64,000 bases of DNA from an uncultured Gammaproteobacteria bacterium (GTDB lineage: Bacteria; Patescibacteriota; Patescibacteriia; Magasanikbacterales; UBA922): contig CAYSXR010000002.1 in assembly GCA_964435035.1 (NCBI GenBank), positions 12,252 to 76,251 on the forward strand, written 5' to 3'. Position 1 is the stretch's first letter; every line of letters begins with the position of its first letter. Position numbers and translations under genes: made by a program. This document shows positions 10,131 to 18,909 of this stretch, piece after piece. The notes under the pieces were generated by a model. That model was not told the origin of the DNA, did no database searches, and saw nothing but the letters and a program-made list of their open reading frames with translations.

Positions 10131-10481
10131 ATGTGGCTTCTTATTTTACAACGCCTAACTCTCGAATTTTTCATGGATTTTTTGTACGCCCCTTTGTGGT
10201 GGTACACGAGAGGTCTCAAGCGTGCGGCTCAATTTAGTGCTCGATTAGTTGCCGCAGGAAATGCACAATTTGCTCCAGGAATTTGGTTGCTTAATATTTT
10301 TGTCCCCATGTTTGGGCAGTATGATTGGCAGGGTCGTTTGGTGAGTTTTTTTGTTCGTTTGGTAAATGTGATTATACGATCAGTCCTACTTATTTTGTGG
10401 GTACTTTTTTCTCTTGTTGTATTGCTGTTGTGGATTTTTATTCCTATATTTGTAGTGTACACATTGGTGTATTCGTTTTAA
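10131..10481 (+). CDS. Small membrane protein upstream of Clp ATPase
   Basis: PLWWYTRG motif, hydrophobic C-terminus, 9 nt before the Clp gene. Confidence 0.75.
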   Translation: MWLLILQRLTLEFFMDFLYAPLWWYTRGLKRAAQFSARLVAAGNAQFAPGIWLLNIFVPMFGQYDWQGRLVSFFVRLVNVIIRSVLLILWVLFSLVVLLLWIFIPIFVVYTLVYSF

Positions 10482-10490
10482 TTATTCTGT

Positions 10491-13262
10491 ATGCTTTTTA
10501 CTAAGCCCACACAATTATCTGTATTAAGTTGCACTCTGTGTGGAGGGACAGGGAAAGAAAATGGAAAGAAATGTCCTCAGTGTAGAGGTATGCTTCATGG
10601 AATTTTTGACCACACTACTTTTGTGTATTTTGGAGAACAGTATACTGTGTATTCGATTGGTCTACGTCGAGCTAGAAAATTTTTGAATGTTTTTAGAATT
10701 ATTGGTGCGCTAGTGGTATCATGTGCATCATTTGCAGGTTTTTTTTATTTTTTAATTCACGGAAATCGTCAAGATGCATTATTTAATCCTGTTTTTTGGT
10801 TCGGGCCCACTGCTCATAATTCGTTTCGAGCGCTCGTTTGGATAGGATTTCTCGGGTGTATCTATGTGTGGTATCGGGTATTGGTACAGAGAACTCCTCC
10901 ATCACATTTTACCTACCATGGAACGCAATTAATTCCTACTCAATTATCAGATGATACGTCGGAAATCACATGGGAAAAAGTACATAAATTGCCGCATAAA
11001 AAATATCTTGATATATCGCCATATCTTTCTCCTGAAGCGAGGGTTGTGCTGGAAAAGAGTTTTGAAATTGCACGAGAGTATGGGGCGGGACAGATTTCAC
11101 CATTACATCTCTTGTATGCGTTACTTTCGGATTCTAGCGTCGGTGAGGTTGGTATTAGATTACATATTCCGATGAAGTCGTTGCAGGCAATGATTGGCAA
11201 AACGTTTGGAGAAAAGAAACCATTGGTTCATACTATTTCGCCCACTTTTTCACCCGATACTCAAAATATTATTTTTCGATCATATTTTTTTACACGCGAA
11301 AAACATGACCCTCAAATACGTGTAACAACATTATTTAAATTTGTAGTTGAGCAGAATGATCAAATTCAAGAAATTTTATATGATATTGAAGTGGATAAGA
11401 CCAAACTAGATAATGTGATCGAGTGGGCTCGAATTCGGGAAACGATGACTGAAAATTATCGTGTGTTTGCGAGAGCTACTGCTGGAGTTTCGAAGTATGG
11501 AATGGATAGGGCTATGACTGCAGTTGCCACTCCCGCACTCAATCAGATGAGTCATGATCTCACTATTGCTGCAAAATATGGTGATATTGATATGTGTGTT
11601 GCGCGTGACAAAGAGATTGAAGAAATTTTGCGTATTATTGAAGGTGGGGGAAAAAATATCATGTTGGTTGGTGATCATGGTGTTGGCAAGGTCACGATTG
11701 TTCAGGGAATTGTAGAACGAATGATTAAGGGAGATGTACCTAAACTGTTGCAAGATAAGCGTATGGTGCAGTTGTCGGTAACTTCTCTTTTGGCAGGTAC
11801 TACGGTGGCTGGTGCAGAGGAGAGACTTATTCGTATTATGAATGAGATTACTCGGGCAAAAAATATTATTCTTTTTATTGATAATATTCATGATTTGATT
11901 GGAGTATCTGATGGGGGAGGACAAGGACTTGATGTTTCTGAGTCTCTTGCTGAGTATCTGCGAGCCGATCGATTTATTATGTTTGCAACAACATTACCTG
12001 ACGCGTATGCACGATTTATCGCACATTCAGAAATCGGTACCGTATTTTCAAAAATTGATATCCGTGAAATGGAAATCAATCAAGCAATTCGAGTGCTTGA
12101 ATCAAAGGCAGGCCAGATTGAATACAAAACCCGTGTATTTTTTTCGTATGATGCTGTGGAAAAGACAGTACAATTAGCACACAAATTTTTTACTGATCGA
12201 AATCTTCCTGAGAGTGCTCTTGCACTTATGTCTGAAGCGGGAAGTTATGCTAGGAGTGCACATGGTGAACATACATTAGTATCTGCTGATGATGTGGGTG
12301 CTGTAGTTGCTGATAAGACGGGAATTCCTGTGACGAGTATTACGGCAAATGAGTCAGAAAAATTACTCAAGCTTGAAGAAGAAATGCATACACAGGTTAT
12401 TGGACAGTCAGAAGCTGTAACGTTGGTTGCGAATGCGCTTAGAAGAGCTCGTGCAGACATGCGTTCGACTACACGTCCTATCTCCAGTTTTCTGTTCCTT
12501 GGTCCTACGGGGGTTGGAAAAACCGAACTTGCAAAGACTATTGCACGAGTATATTTTGGTGGTGAAGCTCGTATGATTCGAATTGATATGAGTGAATATC
12601 AGGATAATAATTCCATTTATCGTTTGATTGGGCAAGTAGGTGTGCAGGGTTCTGGTATTCTTACCCAAGCTGTAAAAGATCATCCGTTCTCGCTTGTACT
12701 TCTTGACGAATTTGAAAAAGCTGATTCAAATATTTTGAATTTGTTTTTGCAAGTTCTTGACGATGGACGCTTGACTGATAGTATGGGAAGAGTGGTAGAC
12801 TTTACGAACACAATTATTATTGCTACTTCAAATGCTGGAACTGAATATGTTTCAAAACGCATGAAAGAGGGGGCAACAAGCGAGGACGTTCGACAGGAAT
12901 TGATTCGCGGAGAATTAAAGAGTTATTATCGACCTGAATTATTGAATCGTTTTGATGGAATCGTACTCTTCAAGCCACTCACTGATCAAGAGATCAAACA
13001 GGTTGCCAAATTAATGCTTACACAGGTAGAAAAAGATTTGGAGGCTAAGGGCGTGTCATTCCATGTGGAAGATGTAGCGCTTGATGAACTTGCTCGAGTG
13101 GGATTTGATCCTGAGTTTGGTGCCCGACCTATGCGGAGAGCAATTCAGGATCGAGTGGAAAATGAACTTGCAAATTTAGTACTCAAAGGACAATTACAGA
13201 GAAGAGATATCATTGTTCTGGGAGAAGGACTTGTGCTCAGGGTTGAAAAACCAGTTAGTTGA
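10491..13262 (+). CDS. ClpA/B/C-family AAA+ ATPase with N-terminal Zn finger and two TM segments
   Basis: CTLCGGTG..CPQCRG, two hydrophobic helices, Clp-N repeat, D1 GDHGVGKV/ILFIDNIH, D2 GPTGVGKTE/LLDEFEKA, RPELLNRFD, GARPMRR. Confidence 0.9.
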   Translation: MLFTKPTQLSVLSCTLCGGTGKENGKKCPQCRGMLHGIFDHTTFVYFGEQYTVYSIGLRRARKFLNVFRIIGALVVSCASFAGFFYFLIHGNRQDALFNPVFWFGPTAHNSFRALVWIGFLGCIYVWYRVLVQRTPPSHFTYHGTQLIPTQLSDDTSEITWEKVHKLPHKKYLDISPYLSPEARVVLEKSFEIAREYGAGQISPLHLLYALLSDSSVGEVGIRLHIPMKSLQAMIGKTFGEKKPLVHTISPTFSPDTQNIIFRSYFFTREKHDPQIRVTTLFKFVVEQNDQIQEILYDIEVDKTKLDNVIEWARIRETMTENYRVFARATAGVSKYGMDRAMTAVATPALNQMSHDLTIAAKYGDIDMCVARDKEIEEILRIIEGGGKNIMLVGDHGVGKVTIVQGIVERMIKGDVPKLLQDKRMVQLSVTSLLAGTTVAGAEERLIRIMNEITRAKNIILFIDNIHDLIGVSDGGGQGLDVSESLAEYLRADRFIMFATTLPDAYARFIAHSEIGTVFSKIDIREMEINQAIRVLESKAGQIEYKTRVFFSYDAVEKTVQLAHKFFTDRNLPESALALMSEAGSYARSAHGEHTLVSADDVGAVVADKTGIPVTSITANESEKLLKLEEEMHTQVIGQSEAVTLVANALRRARADMRSTTRPISSFLFLGPTGVGKTELAKTIARVYFGGEARMIRIDMSEYQDNNSIYRLIGQVGVQGSGILTQAVKDHPFSLVLLDEFEKADSNILNLFLQVLDDGRLTDSMGRVVDFTNTIIIATSNAGTEYVSKRMKEGATSEDVRQELIRGELKSYYRPELLNRFDGIVLFKPLTDQEIKQVAKLMLTQVEKDLEAKGVSFHVEDVALDELARVGFDPEFGARPMRRAIQDRVENELANLVLKGQLQRRDIIVLGEGLVLRVEKPVS

Positions 13263-13268
13263 TGAATT

Positions 13269-14333
13269 ATGGTACTTCATAGTATTTATTTTATCCTTGC
13301 TTTTGTGATTTCGGTAGTGATTACTGGGATTATTGCGGTTGCTATGCGTCGTTTGGGGATTATTGATCATCCTCGAGAGAAAAATTCACGAAAAATTCAT
13401 ACCCAAGCAGTGGCTTTGGGTGGTGGAGTTGCGTTATATCTCACTTTTTTTCTTTTGGTGTTTGTGGCTTGGTTTTTTGAACGGGGAACAAGCACTCTCT
13501 TTGATAGTCATGCAATTGTTGGTCTTTTTGTGGGTTCAACTATCCTTATGATTGGGGGAATTATTGATGATAAATATACTATACGTCCACGTTATCAAAT
13601 TATTGCTCCTATTCTTGCTTGTCTCGTTATCATCATGTTGAATGTTGGACCCCAGGTGATTTCAAATCTATGGGGAGGAGTACTTGATTTATCAGGTGTT
13701 CAATGGTCATTTCCGCCTTTTATCCATGTAGTGTTGTTTGCTGATATCCTCTTGTTTATCTGGCTTTTTGGTATGATGTTTACTACCAAATTTCTTGATG
13801 GACTTGATGGGTTGGTTGCAGGAGTGGTTGCGATCGCTGCGATTGTAATGTATCTGGTGTCTATGCAACCTCAATGGTATGATCCTACAGTGGCATTCCT
13901 TTCAATTATATTTGCCGGAACATGTCTCGGATTTTTGGTGTGGAATTTCAATCCTGCTAAAATATTTTTAGGAGAAGGTGGAAGTCTGATGACTGGGTTT
14001 ATTCTTGGATGTCTCGCGATTATTTCGAAAAGTAAAATTGCAGTTACTGTAATGGTTATTGGAATACCTATGATTGATGTGATACGTGTAATGGTGATGC
14101 GTATTAAAAAAGGAAAACCAGTGTATATTGGTGATCGTGAACATTTACATTATCGACTACTCGAATCAGGGTTAAGTCACCGTCAGTCAGTATTATTACT
14201 CTATGCAATTTCTTCTTTATTTGGTATGACCGCATTATTTCTCCAGGCAGAACATCAGATGATTGCCCTTTCTTTTTTGTTTATACTTATGCTTTTGATT
14301 GGGTTGTGGTTTTCTAAGCGTGAAAAACATTGA
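13269..14333 (+). CDS. WecA/TagO-like undecaprenyl-phosphate sugar-1-phosphate transferase (MraY-like family)
   Basis: RKIH...LGGG, GIIDD, FLDGLDGL, NFNPAKIFLGEGG, DREHLHYRL. Confidence 0.9.
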   Translation: MVLHSIYFILAFVISVVITGIIAVAMRRLGIIDHPREKNSRKIHTQAVALGGGVALYLTFFLLVFVAWFFERGTSTLFDSHAIVGLFVGSTILMIGGIIDDKYTIRPRYQIIAPILACLVIIMLNVGPQVISNLWGGVLDLSGVQWSFPPFIHVVLFADILLFIWLFGMMFTTKFLDGLDGLVAGVVAIAAIVMYLVSMQPQWYDPTVAFLSIIFAGTCLGFLVWNFNPAKIFLGEGGSLMTGFILGCLAIISKSKIAVTVMVIGIPMIDVIRVMVMRIKKGKPVYIGDREHLHYRLLESGLSHRQSVLLLYAISSLFGMTALFLQAEHQMIALSFLFILMLLIGLWFSKREKH

Positions 14334-14415
14334 TTACGCAGATTAATATGGATTTAAACAGATTGGATATGATTTTTTCAGTCTAAATCCGTTTTAATCT
14401 GTTTAAATCAATGTT
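14326..14415. repeat. AACATTGATT...AATCAATGTT periodic inverted element (copy 1)
   Basis: 10-bp terminal inverted ends; shares exact reverse-complement blocks with 26638-26732. Confidence 0.8.
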
Positions 14416-14417
14416 GT

Positions 14418-14888
14418 ATGAAAGAAAAGAAACCAATAAAGAAAGTGGGAAAGTGGTTTATCTTTGCTTTTTTTGGGGCTGCCTTATTCTTGTTTGCCTG
14501 GAATAGACTTTATTGGCCGAAAGCCACTCTTGATGTAGGAGGTACAACGATTCGAGTGCTTGTGGCAAAGTCTATGTACCAGCAATATCGCGGCTTGGGT
14601 AAACGCGATACGATTGAGCCCTATGATGGTATGATATTTCCATTTTTGCTTTATGGGAGGCATGCAATTGTAATGCGGGATATGCGTTTTTCCCTTGATA
14701 TTGTGTGGCTCCGAGATGGGGTAGTCGCAGATTTAGCTCAGAATGTGCCACTTGAACCAGATGCTCGAGAAGGTGAATTTATGATTTATCGTCCACGAGC
14801 TGATGCAAATGCTGTTTTGGAGCTTCCTACAGGTAGGGCAGCAGAGCTTGGAATCACGATTGGGGCGGAGATTGGGCAGATTCGATAG
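14418..14888 (+). CDS. DUF192 family protein
   Basis: RGL..R, GMIF, MRDMRFSLDIVWL, VLELPTG.A..LGI..G. Confidence 0.9.
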   Translation: MKEKKPIKKVGKWFIFAFFGAALFLFAWNRLYWPKATLDVGGTTIRVLVAKSMYQQYRGLGKRDTIEPYDGMIFPFLLYGRHAIVMRDMRFSLDIVWLRDGVVADLAQNVPLEPDAREGEFMIYRPRADANAVLELPTGRAAELGITIGAEIGQIR

Positions 14889-14893
14889 GAGAA

Positions 14894-15000
14894 AGTTGTC
14901 TGGTTTCCTGGTTATCTAGTTGTCTGGTTTTAGAGGTTGTATTTTGACTATTTAGACTAGAAAACTAGACAACTAGTAAACTAGTAGACCAGCAAACTAA
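14894..15000. repeat. CTAGTT/CTGGTT periodic inverted element
   Basis: agttgtctggtttcctggttatctagttgtctggttt facing actagaaaactagacaactagtaaactag. Confidence 0.75.
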
Positions 15001-15005
15001 GACAC

Positions 15006-15034
15006 TTGACTTTTCCCCCTCTATCAGCTATAGT
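15006..15034 (+). promoter_or_regulatory. sigma70 promoter of rplU
   Basis: TTGACT-17 nt-TATAGT. Confidence 0.7.
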
Positions 15035-15083
15035 ATCCCTGTTTCCCAAAACATTTATTAAAAATCTTAGTTATTTATTCCGT

Positions 15084-15395
15084 ATGTTTGCAGTGATTCA
15101 AACCGGTGGAAAACAGTATCTGGTGAAGGCCGGAGATGTTATCAGAGTTGAAAAAATTGAGCTTGAAAATGGTCAAGAAGCAGTATTTGATAAAGTACTT
15201 CTCACTGCTGATGAAAATGGTGAAAATGTCGTATTCGGCAAGCCATACATTGATGGTGTGAGTATCCGAGCCACTGTTGAAGAACAGGGGCGACATGCGA
15301 AAGTTCGTGTAGTTAAATACAAACGCAAAGTTCGCTATAAGAGAACTATTGGACACAGACAAGCGTTTACCAAAGTAAAAATTTCAAAAGTGTAA
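15084..15395 (+). CDS. rplU: 50S ribosomal protein L21
   Basis: MFAVIQTGGKQYLV...GHRQAFT; start corrected to ATG 15084. Confidence 0.98.
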   Translation: MFAVIQTGGKQYLVKAGDVIRVEKIELENGQEAVFDKVLLTADENGENVVFGKPYIDGVSIRATVEEQGRHAKVRVVKYKRKVRYKRTIGHRQAFTKVKISKV

Positions 15396-15406
15396 TACTG
15401 AATATT

Positions 15407-15436
15407 AAAAACTCCTGCTAAAGCGGGAGTTTTTTT
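15407..15436 (+). terminator. Intrinsic terminator after rplU
   Basis: aaaaactcctgc-taaa-gcgggagttttttt. Confidence 0.8.
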
Positions 15437-15437
15437 A

Positions 15438-15466
15438 TTGACTAATTTAGTTGAGTAGGTTAGTCT
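15438..15466 (+). promoter_or_regulatory. Promoter of orphan cassette C
   Basis: TTGACT-17 nt-TAGTCT; SD AGGAGG at 15484-15489. Confidence 0.65.
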
Positions 15467-15493
15467 AGTGGCGCGTTACACCAAGGAGGGCGC

Positions 15494-16000
15494 ATGTTCA
15501 ATTGGCTCAAAACTCTGTTTGGTATTCGTAAGGGTCCCCCTGCACTGGAAATTGTGTGGAGTTCGTATACTCCAAAACCACTGCCACCGGCAACGAATGT
15601 CTGCTGTGTCGAGGGTAAGCATGGCGAACTCATCCACTACCGCTGTGGACACACTCAGCCTGAGAGGTACTCCTTCAATCTCTACGGAGATACAATCACC
15701 TGGGATGACGAGAATTACGAACGACGTGATATCTGTGGTGAGTGCTGGCTGGAGAAGCTTCATCCTGGTGTCATCCGCTGTGCGCGGTGTGGGCTCGGCA
15801 TTCCACCGGGTTTTCATGTTGCGCTCTACAATGATGATGAATGCTACAACCCGAAGTGGAAGACTGTGGTCACCGGGTATCCGGGTAAGATGGTGATCGG
15901 GTGTGCACGTGTCGACTGTGAGCCTGGCGGCTTTGTTGCCGGCGTGTGGATGGGTGATCGTGTGGATCTCTTGTTTGGTCAAGGCTCGATTTTCCTCTGA
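15494..16000 (+). CDS. GC-rich Cys-rich orphan protein (cassette C), probable Zn binder
   Basis: Strong SD; CGH, CGEC, CARC and C..VDC motifs. Confidence 0.75.
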   Translation: MFNWLKTLFGIRKGPPALEIVWSSYTPKPLPPATNVCCVEGKHGELIHYRCGHTQPERYSFNLYGDTITWDDENYERRDICGECWLEKLHPGVIRCARCGLGIPPGFHVALYNDDECYNPKWKTVVTGYPGKMVIGCARVDCEPGGFVAGVWMGDRVDLLFGQGSIFL

Positions 16001-16056
16001 GTTCATCGCACCAAGAGACCTTCTCGAGAATCCCTCAGACAGTTGAGTTTCTACTC

Positions 16057-16100
16057 AGACATCCGACCAAGTGCTTGAAATCACTGTAGGTCGGATGTCT
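16057..16100 (+). other. Long 3' hairpin of cassette C
   Basis: agacatccgacc...ggtcggatgtct, perfect 12-bp outer stem. Confidence 0.75.
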
Positions 16101-16143
16101 TCTCAAAATTAATATAATAAAATTCCGCTGTATTGGCGGAATT

Positions 16144-16743
16144 TTATATTGATGTTCTATTTTTTAGTGCACTCGAGAGGGTAATATCATCTGCATATTG
16201 CAAATCGCTTCCCATGGGGAGTCCACGTGCGAGACGAGAGACTTTGATTGCAGGAGTGATTTCTTTGATCTTTTTTTCGAGATACATCATGGTGGTTTCT
16301 CCATGTAGATCAGGATTGAGTGCGAGAATAATTTCTTCGATCTGACTTTTGCGGATACGTGCGAGTAGTTCGGGTATTTTTAGACCTCGTAATGAGTTTT
16401 CATCATGCCCTTTGATAACTCCTCGAAGTATGTGGTATCCACCGCGATACGTACCTGTTTTTTCTATTACTTCACGATCTTGGGGTTCAGCTACGATACA
16501 GACGGTCTTTGGGTCTCTTTGAGTTGAACTGCAGAGAATGCAAGGGTTGGTATCAGAAAATGTCCAACAGATTTCACAGCTTTTGACACTTTCGATAAGT
16601 TCTTTTAAGGCTAATGTTAGTTCGGCTACATCTTTTTTTCCAGATTTGAGCAAATAAAAAACAAAGCGTTCTGCAGTTCGAGGACCGACGCTTGGGAGAC
16701 TCCCGAACGCTTGAATGAGGTTTTGAATGCTCTTTGAATACAT
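16144..16743 (-). CDS. recR: Recombination mediator RecR
   Basis: LPSVGPRTAER HhH, C4 Zn finger, Toprim EIILALNP..GETT, SRLARGLPMG.DL.YAD. Confidence 0.97.
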   Translation of the reverse strand: MYSKSIQNLIQAFGSLPSVGPRTAERFVFYLLKSGKKDVAELTLALKELIESVKSCEICWTFSDTNPCILCSSTQRDPKTVCIVAEPQDREVIEKTGTYRGGYHILRGVIKGHDENSLRGLKIPELLARIRKSQIEEIILALNPDLHGETTMMYLEKKIKEITPAIKVSRLARGLPMGSDLQYADDITLSSALKNRTSI

Positions 16744-16747
16744 GTGT

Positions 16748-17050
16748 TTAGCTCAAGCCTGGAATTTCAGGAAGCCCTCCCATTTCCTTCATTTTCATGG
16801 CCATAATTCGCTGCATCTTTTTCATACCATCTTTGTGAGCATCTTTGATTCCTTCGGTAAGCTTTGATTTTTTGTCAGGTGAAAGTAGGGAATCTTCAAT
16901 TACTACATTAGTAAGCTCTAGATTACCATTCATCGTAAGTGATACGGAACCACCTGCAGCAGTAGTGGTTACTGATTCCTGACCGAGAGTACTTTGTAAT
17001 TCTTTTGCCTTATCTCGGATATCTTTGAATTGCTTGAGTTTGTTGAACAT
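16748..17050 (-). CDS. ybaB: YbaB/EbfC nucleoid-associated protein
   Basis: Size, GGSVSLTMNG motif and position upstream of recR. Confidence 0.88.
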   Translation of the reverse strand: MFNKLKQFKDIRDKAKELQSTLGQESVTTTAAGGSVSLTMNGNLELTNVVIEDSLLSPDKKSKLTEGIKDAHKDGMKKMQRIMAMKMKEMGGLPEIPGLS

Positions 17051-17052
17051 AT

Positions 17053-17130
17053 TTCAAATTTAAAACTTAAAGTTCAAAACTCAAAGCTTGGATTAAAAGA
17101 TTTGAGTTTTGAGTTAGAGTTTTATTTTTT
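17053..17130. repeat. TCAAAAC periodic inverted element
   Basis: ttcaaatttaaaacttaaagttcaaaactcaaag ... ttttgagttttgagttagagtttt. Confidence 0.65.
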
Positions 17131-18530
17131 TATTCAAGACTTGAAGCACCACCGCCGTGTTGAAGATCCAGGTTTTTATAGCTTGCTCGAGCTTCGTCGA
17201 AGTATACTTTCACGACACCTGTTGGACCGTTTCTATGTTTTGCAATGTGAATTTCTCCAATATATCTCTCATCTGGAGGAATATCTTCCATACGGTAATT
17301 TCTGTCGGCTGCTTTTCGATAAATAAACATTACCACGTCAGCATCTTGCTCAATACTACCAGATTCACGGAGGTGTGCAAGCTTTGGGATCGCAGGTTTG
17401 CTTTGCTCCACTGCACGAGAGAGCTGTGAAAGCGCGATTACGGGAACATTGAGTTCACGAGCAATACCTTTGAGGTTACGACTAATCACACTAACTTCTT
17501 GTACACGGTTATCACTAAATTTATTACTGTGTGATTCCATGAGCTGTAAGTAATCGATAATAATCATCCCAAGCCCATGTTCTGCTTGAAGTTGTCGTGC
17601 TTTGGTACGGATATGCATGACATTGTTTCCGGGAGTATCGTCAATAAAAATTGGCGCTTCAGCGAGAAGTCCCATGGCATGTCCGATACGAGGAAAATCG
17701 TCGCTGTCTGGGCGGTCGGAGAGATTACCGGTACGCATTTTCCACAAATCAATTCCAGCCTCGGCACAGAGTAGGCGATCTACTAATTGTTCTTTACTCA
17801 TTTCAAGAGAAAATATCCCTACCGGCACTTTCATACGCACGGCAGCATGGCGGGCAATGTCTAGTGCAAACGACGTTTTTCCGACCGAAGGACGTGCTGC
17901 AAGAATTACCAAATCAGATTTCTGAAATCCAGCGAGAAGTTGATCAAGCTGGGTAAATCCACTCGCGACTCCACGAAGTTTTCCTTTTTCTCGATGTAAT
18001 TCATCAATACGATCAAATGCATCATTCAAGATTCCTCTAATTGGCGTAAATGTTTGGCGCAAGTGTTTTTGTGTAATTGCAAAAAGATGCTGTTGTGCTT
18101 CATCAAGCAGTCCATCTACATCTTCTGCATCTTCTTTATATCCTAATTTTGAAATCTCATGCGCAGAATGGAGTAATTTTCGAAGGGTTGATTTGCGACG
18201 AATAATATTTGCATATTCAACAATATGAGAAGCGGAGGGGACGCTATTTGAAAGTTCTACTAAATAGCTTCTTCCACCAATTTGTTCGAGCTGTCCTTTT
18301 TCATGAAGACGGTTCGCAAGGGTGAGTACGTCTATTGGTTCACTTTTGCTATAGAGCTCCTGAATGGCTTCAAAAATCATACCATGCCCCGTCTTGTAAA
18401 AATCTTCGACATCAATCAAATCAGCGATTTTGATTATCGCTTCTTTATCTATCAGAATAGAACCAAGGAGGGATTTTTCGGCCTCGAGGTTCTGTGGGGG
18501 GATCTTTTCAAGGGCTGTAATGTCTGCCAT
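17130..18530 (-). CDS. dnaB: Replicative DNA helicase
   Basis: PPQNLEAE, AARPSVGKT, FSLEMS, IDYLQL, LSQLSR, LRESGSIEQDAD, KHRNGPTG. Confidence 0.98.
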   Translation of the reverse strand: MADITALEKIPPQNLEAEKSLLGSILIDKEAIIKIADLIDVEDFYKTGHGMIFEAIQELYSKSEPIDVLTLANRLHEKGQLEQIGGRSYLVELSNSVPSASHIVEYANIIRRKSTLRKLLHSAHEISKLGYKEDAEDVDGLLDEAQQHLFAITQKHLRQTFTPIRGILNDAFDRIDELHREKGKLRGVASGFTQLDQLLAGFQKSDLVILAARPSVGKTSFALDIARHAAVRMKVPVGIFSLEMSKEQLVDRLLCAEAGIDLWKMRTGNLSDRPDSDDFPRIGHAMGLLAEAPIFIDDTPGNNVMHIRTKARQLQAEHGLGMIIIDYLQLMESHSNKFSDNRVQEVSVISRNLKGIARELNVPVIALSQLSRAVEQSKPAIPKLAHLRESGSIEQDADVVMFIYRKAADRNYRMEDIPPDERYIGEIHIAKHRNGPTGVVKVYFDEARASYKNLDLQHGGGASSLE

Positions 18531-18663
18531 AGTGGACGTATCATATCCCAGCTGTGGCAGAGTTACAATGCGGACACTTGATAATATGTGCAGATACTGT
18601 GCATAGGTGGAAAGTTCAGAGAATCTATGCTAGAGTTAGCTTAAGTTTAGTGAGTTATTAAAT

Positions 18664-18685
18664 AAAAAACTCCCCCATAGGGAGT
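18664..18685 (-). terminator. Minus-strand intrinsic terminator
   Basis: Minus strand actccc-tatgg-gggagtttttt. Confidence 0.6.
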
Positions 18686-18689
18686 GGTA

Positions 18690-18850
18690 TAAAATGAAGG
18701 GACGGGGGTGCAGAGTCCTAGAACTGCGCCATCCCGATAGAAACGTCTTGAACGTTTAGAGTTTCCTCAGAGAATTTACCTATAAGGTACGTCCGGCTGC
18801 AAGTTCACTGTAGATACTACATGAACACTCGCTAAGCCTCTCTCGTCAGT
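18690..18850 (-). ncRNA. Candidate structured ncRNA, class unidentified
   Basis: No ORF; hairpins at 18699-18735, 18741-18757 and 18795-18838; minus-strand TTGACA at 18880-18875 and a downstream terminator. Confidence 0.45.
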
Positions 18851-18909
18851 AGATTTATCATTTTTATATTTCACTGTCAAGTGGTTTTATCTAAATCCTT
18901 TTTATATTT

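Noticed and set aside
15468-16006. Overlapping ORFs 15468..15896 (+) and 15476..16006 (-)
   Set aside because: Only 15494 follows the AGGAGG SD; the others are shadows caused by low stop-codon frequency.
18540-18610. DnaA-box cluster or oriC upstream of dnaB
   Set aside because: Only degenerate matches, with no dnaA gene or clear unwinding element. Isolated boxes near 8052 and 37630 are not enough.
18690-18850. RNase P, hammerhead, SRP RNA or tmRNA identity for the structured region
   Set aside because: GAGGAAACTC and GGCTTA occur in the wrong order and cannot form P4; CTGACGA has no stem II closing onto GAAA; there is no SRP CAGG/GGAA/AGCAG loop and no tRNA-like CCA end.
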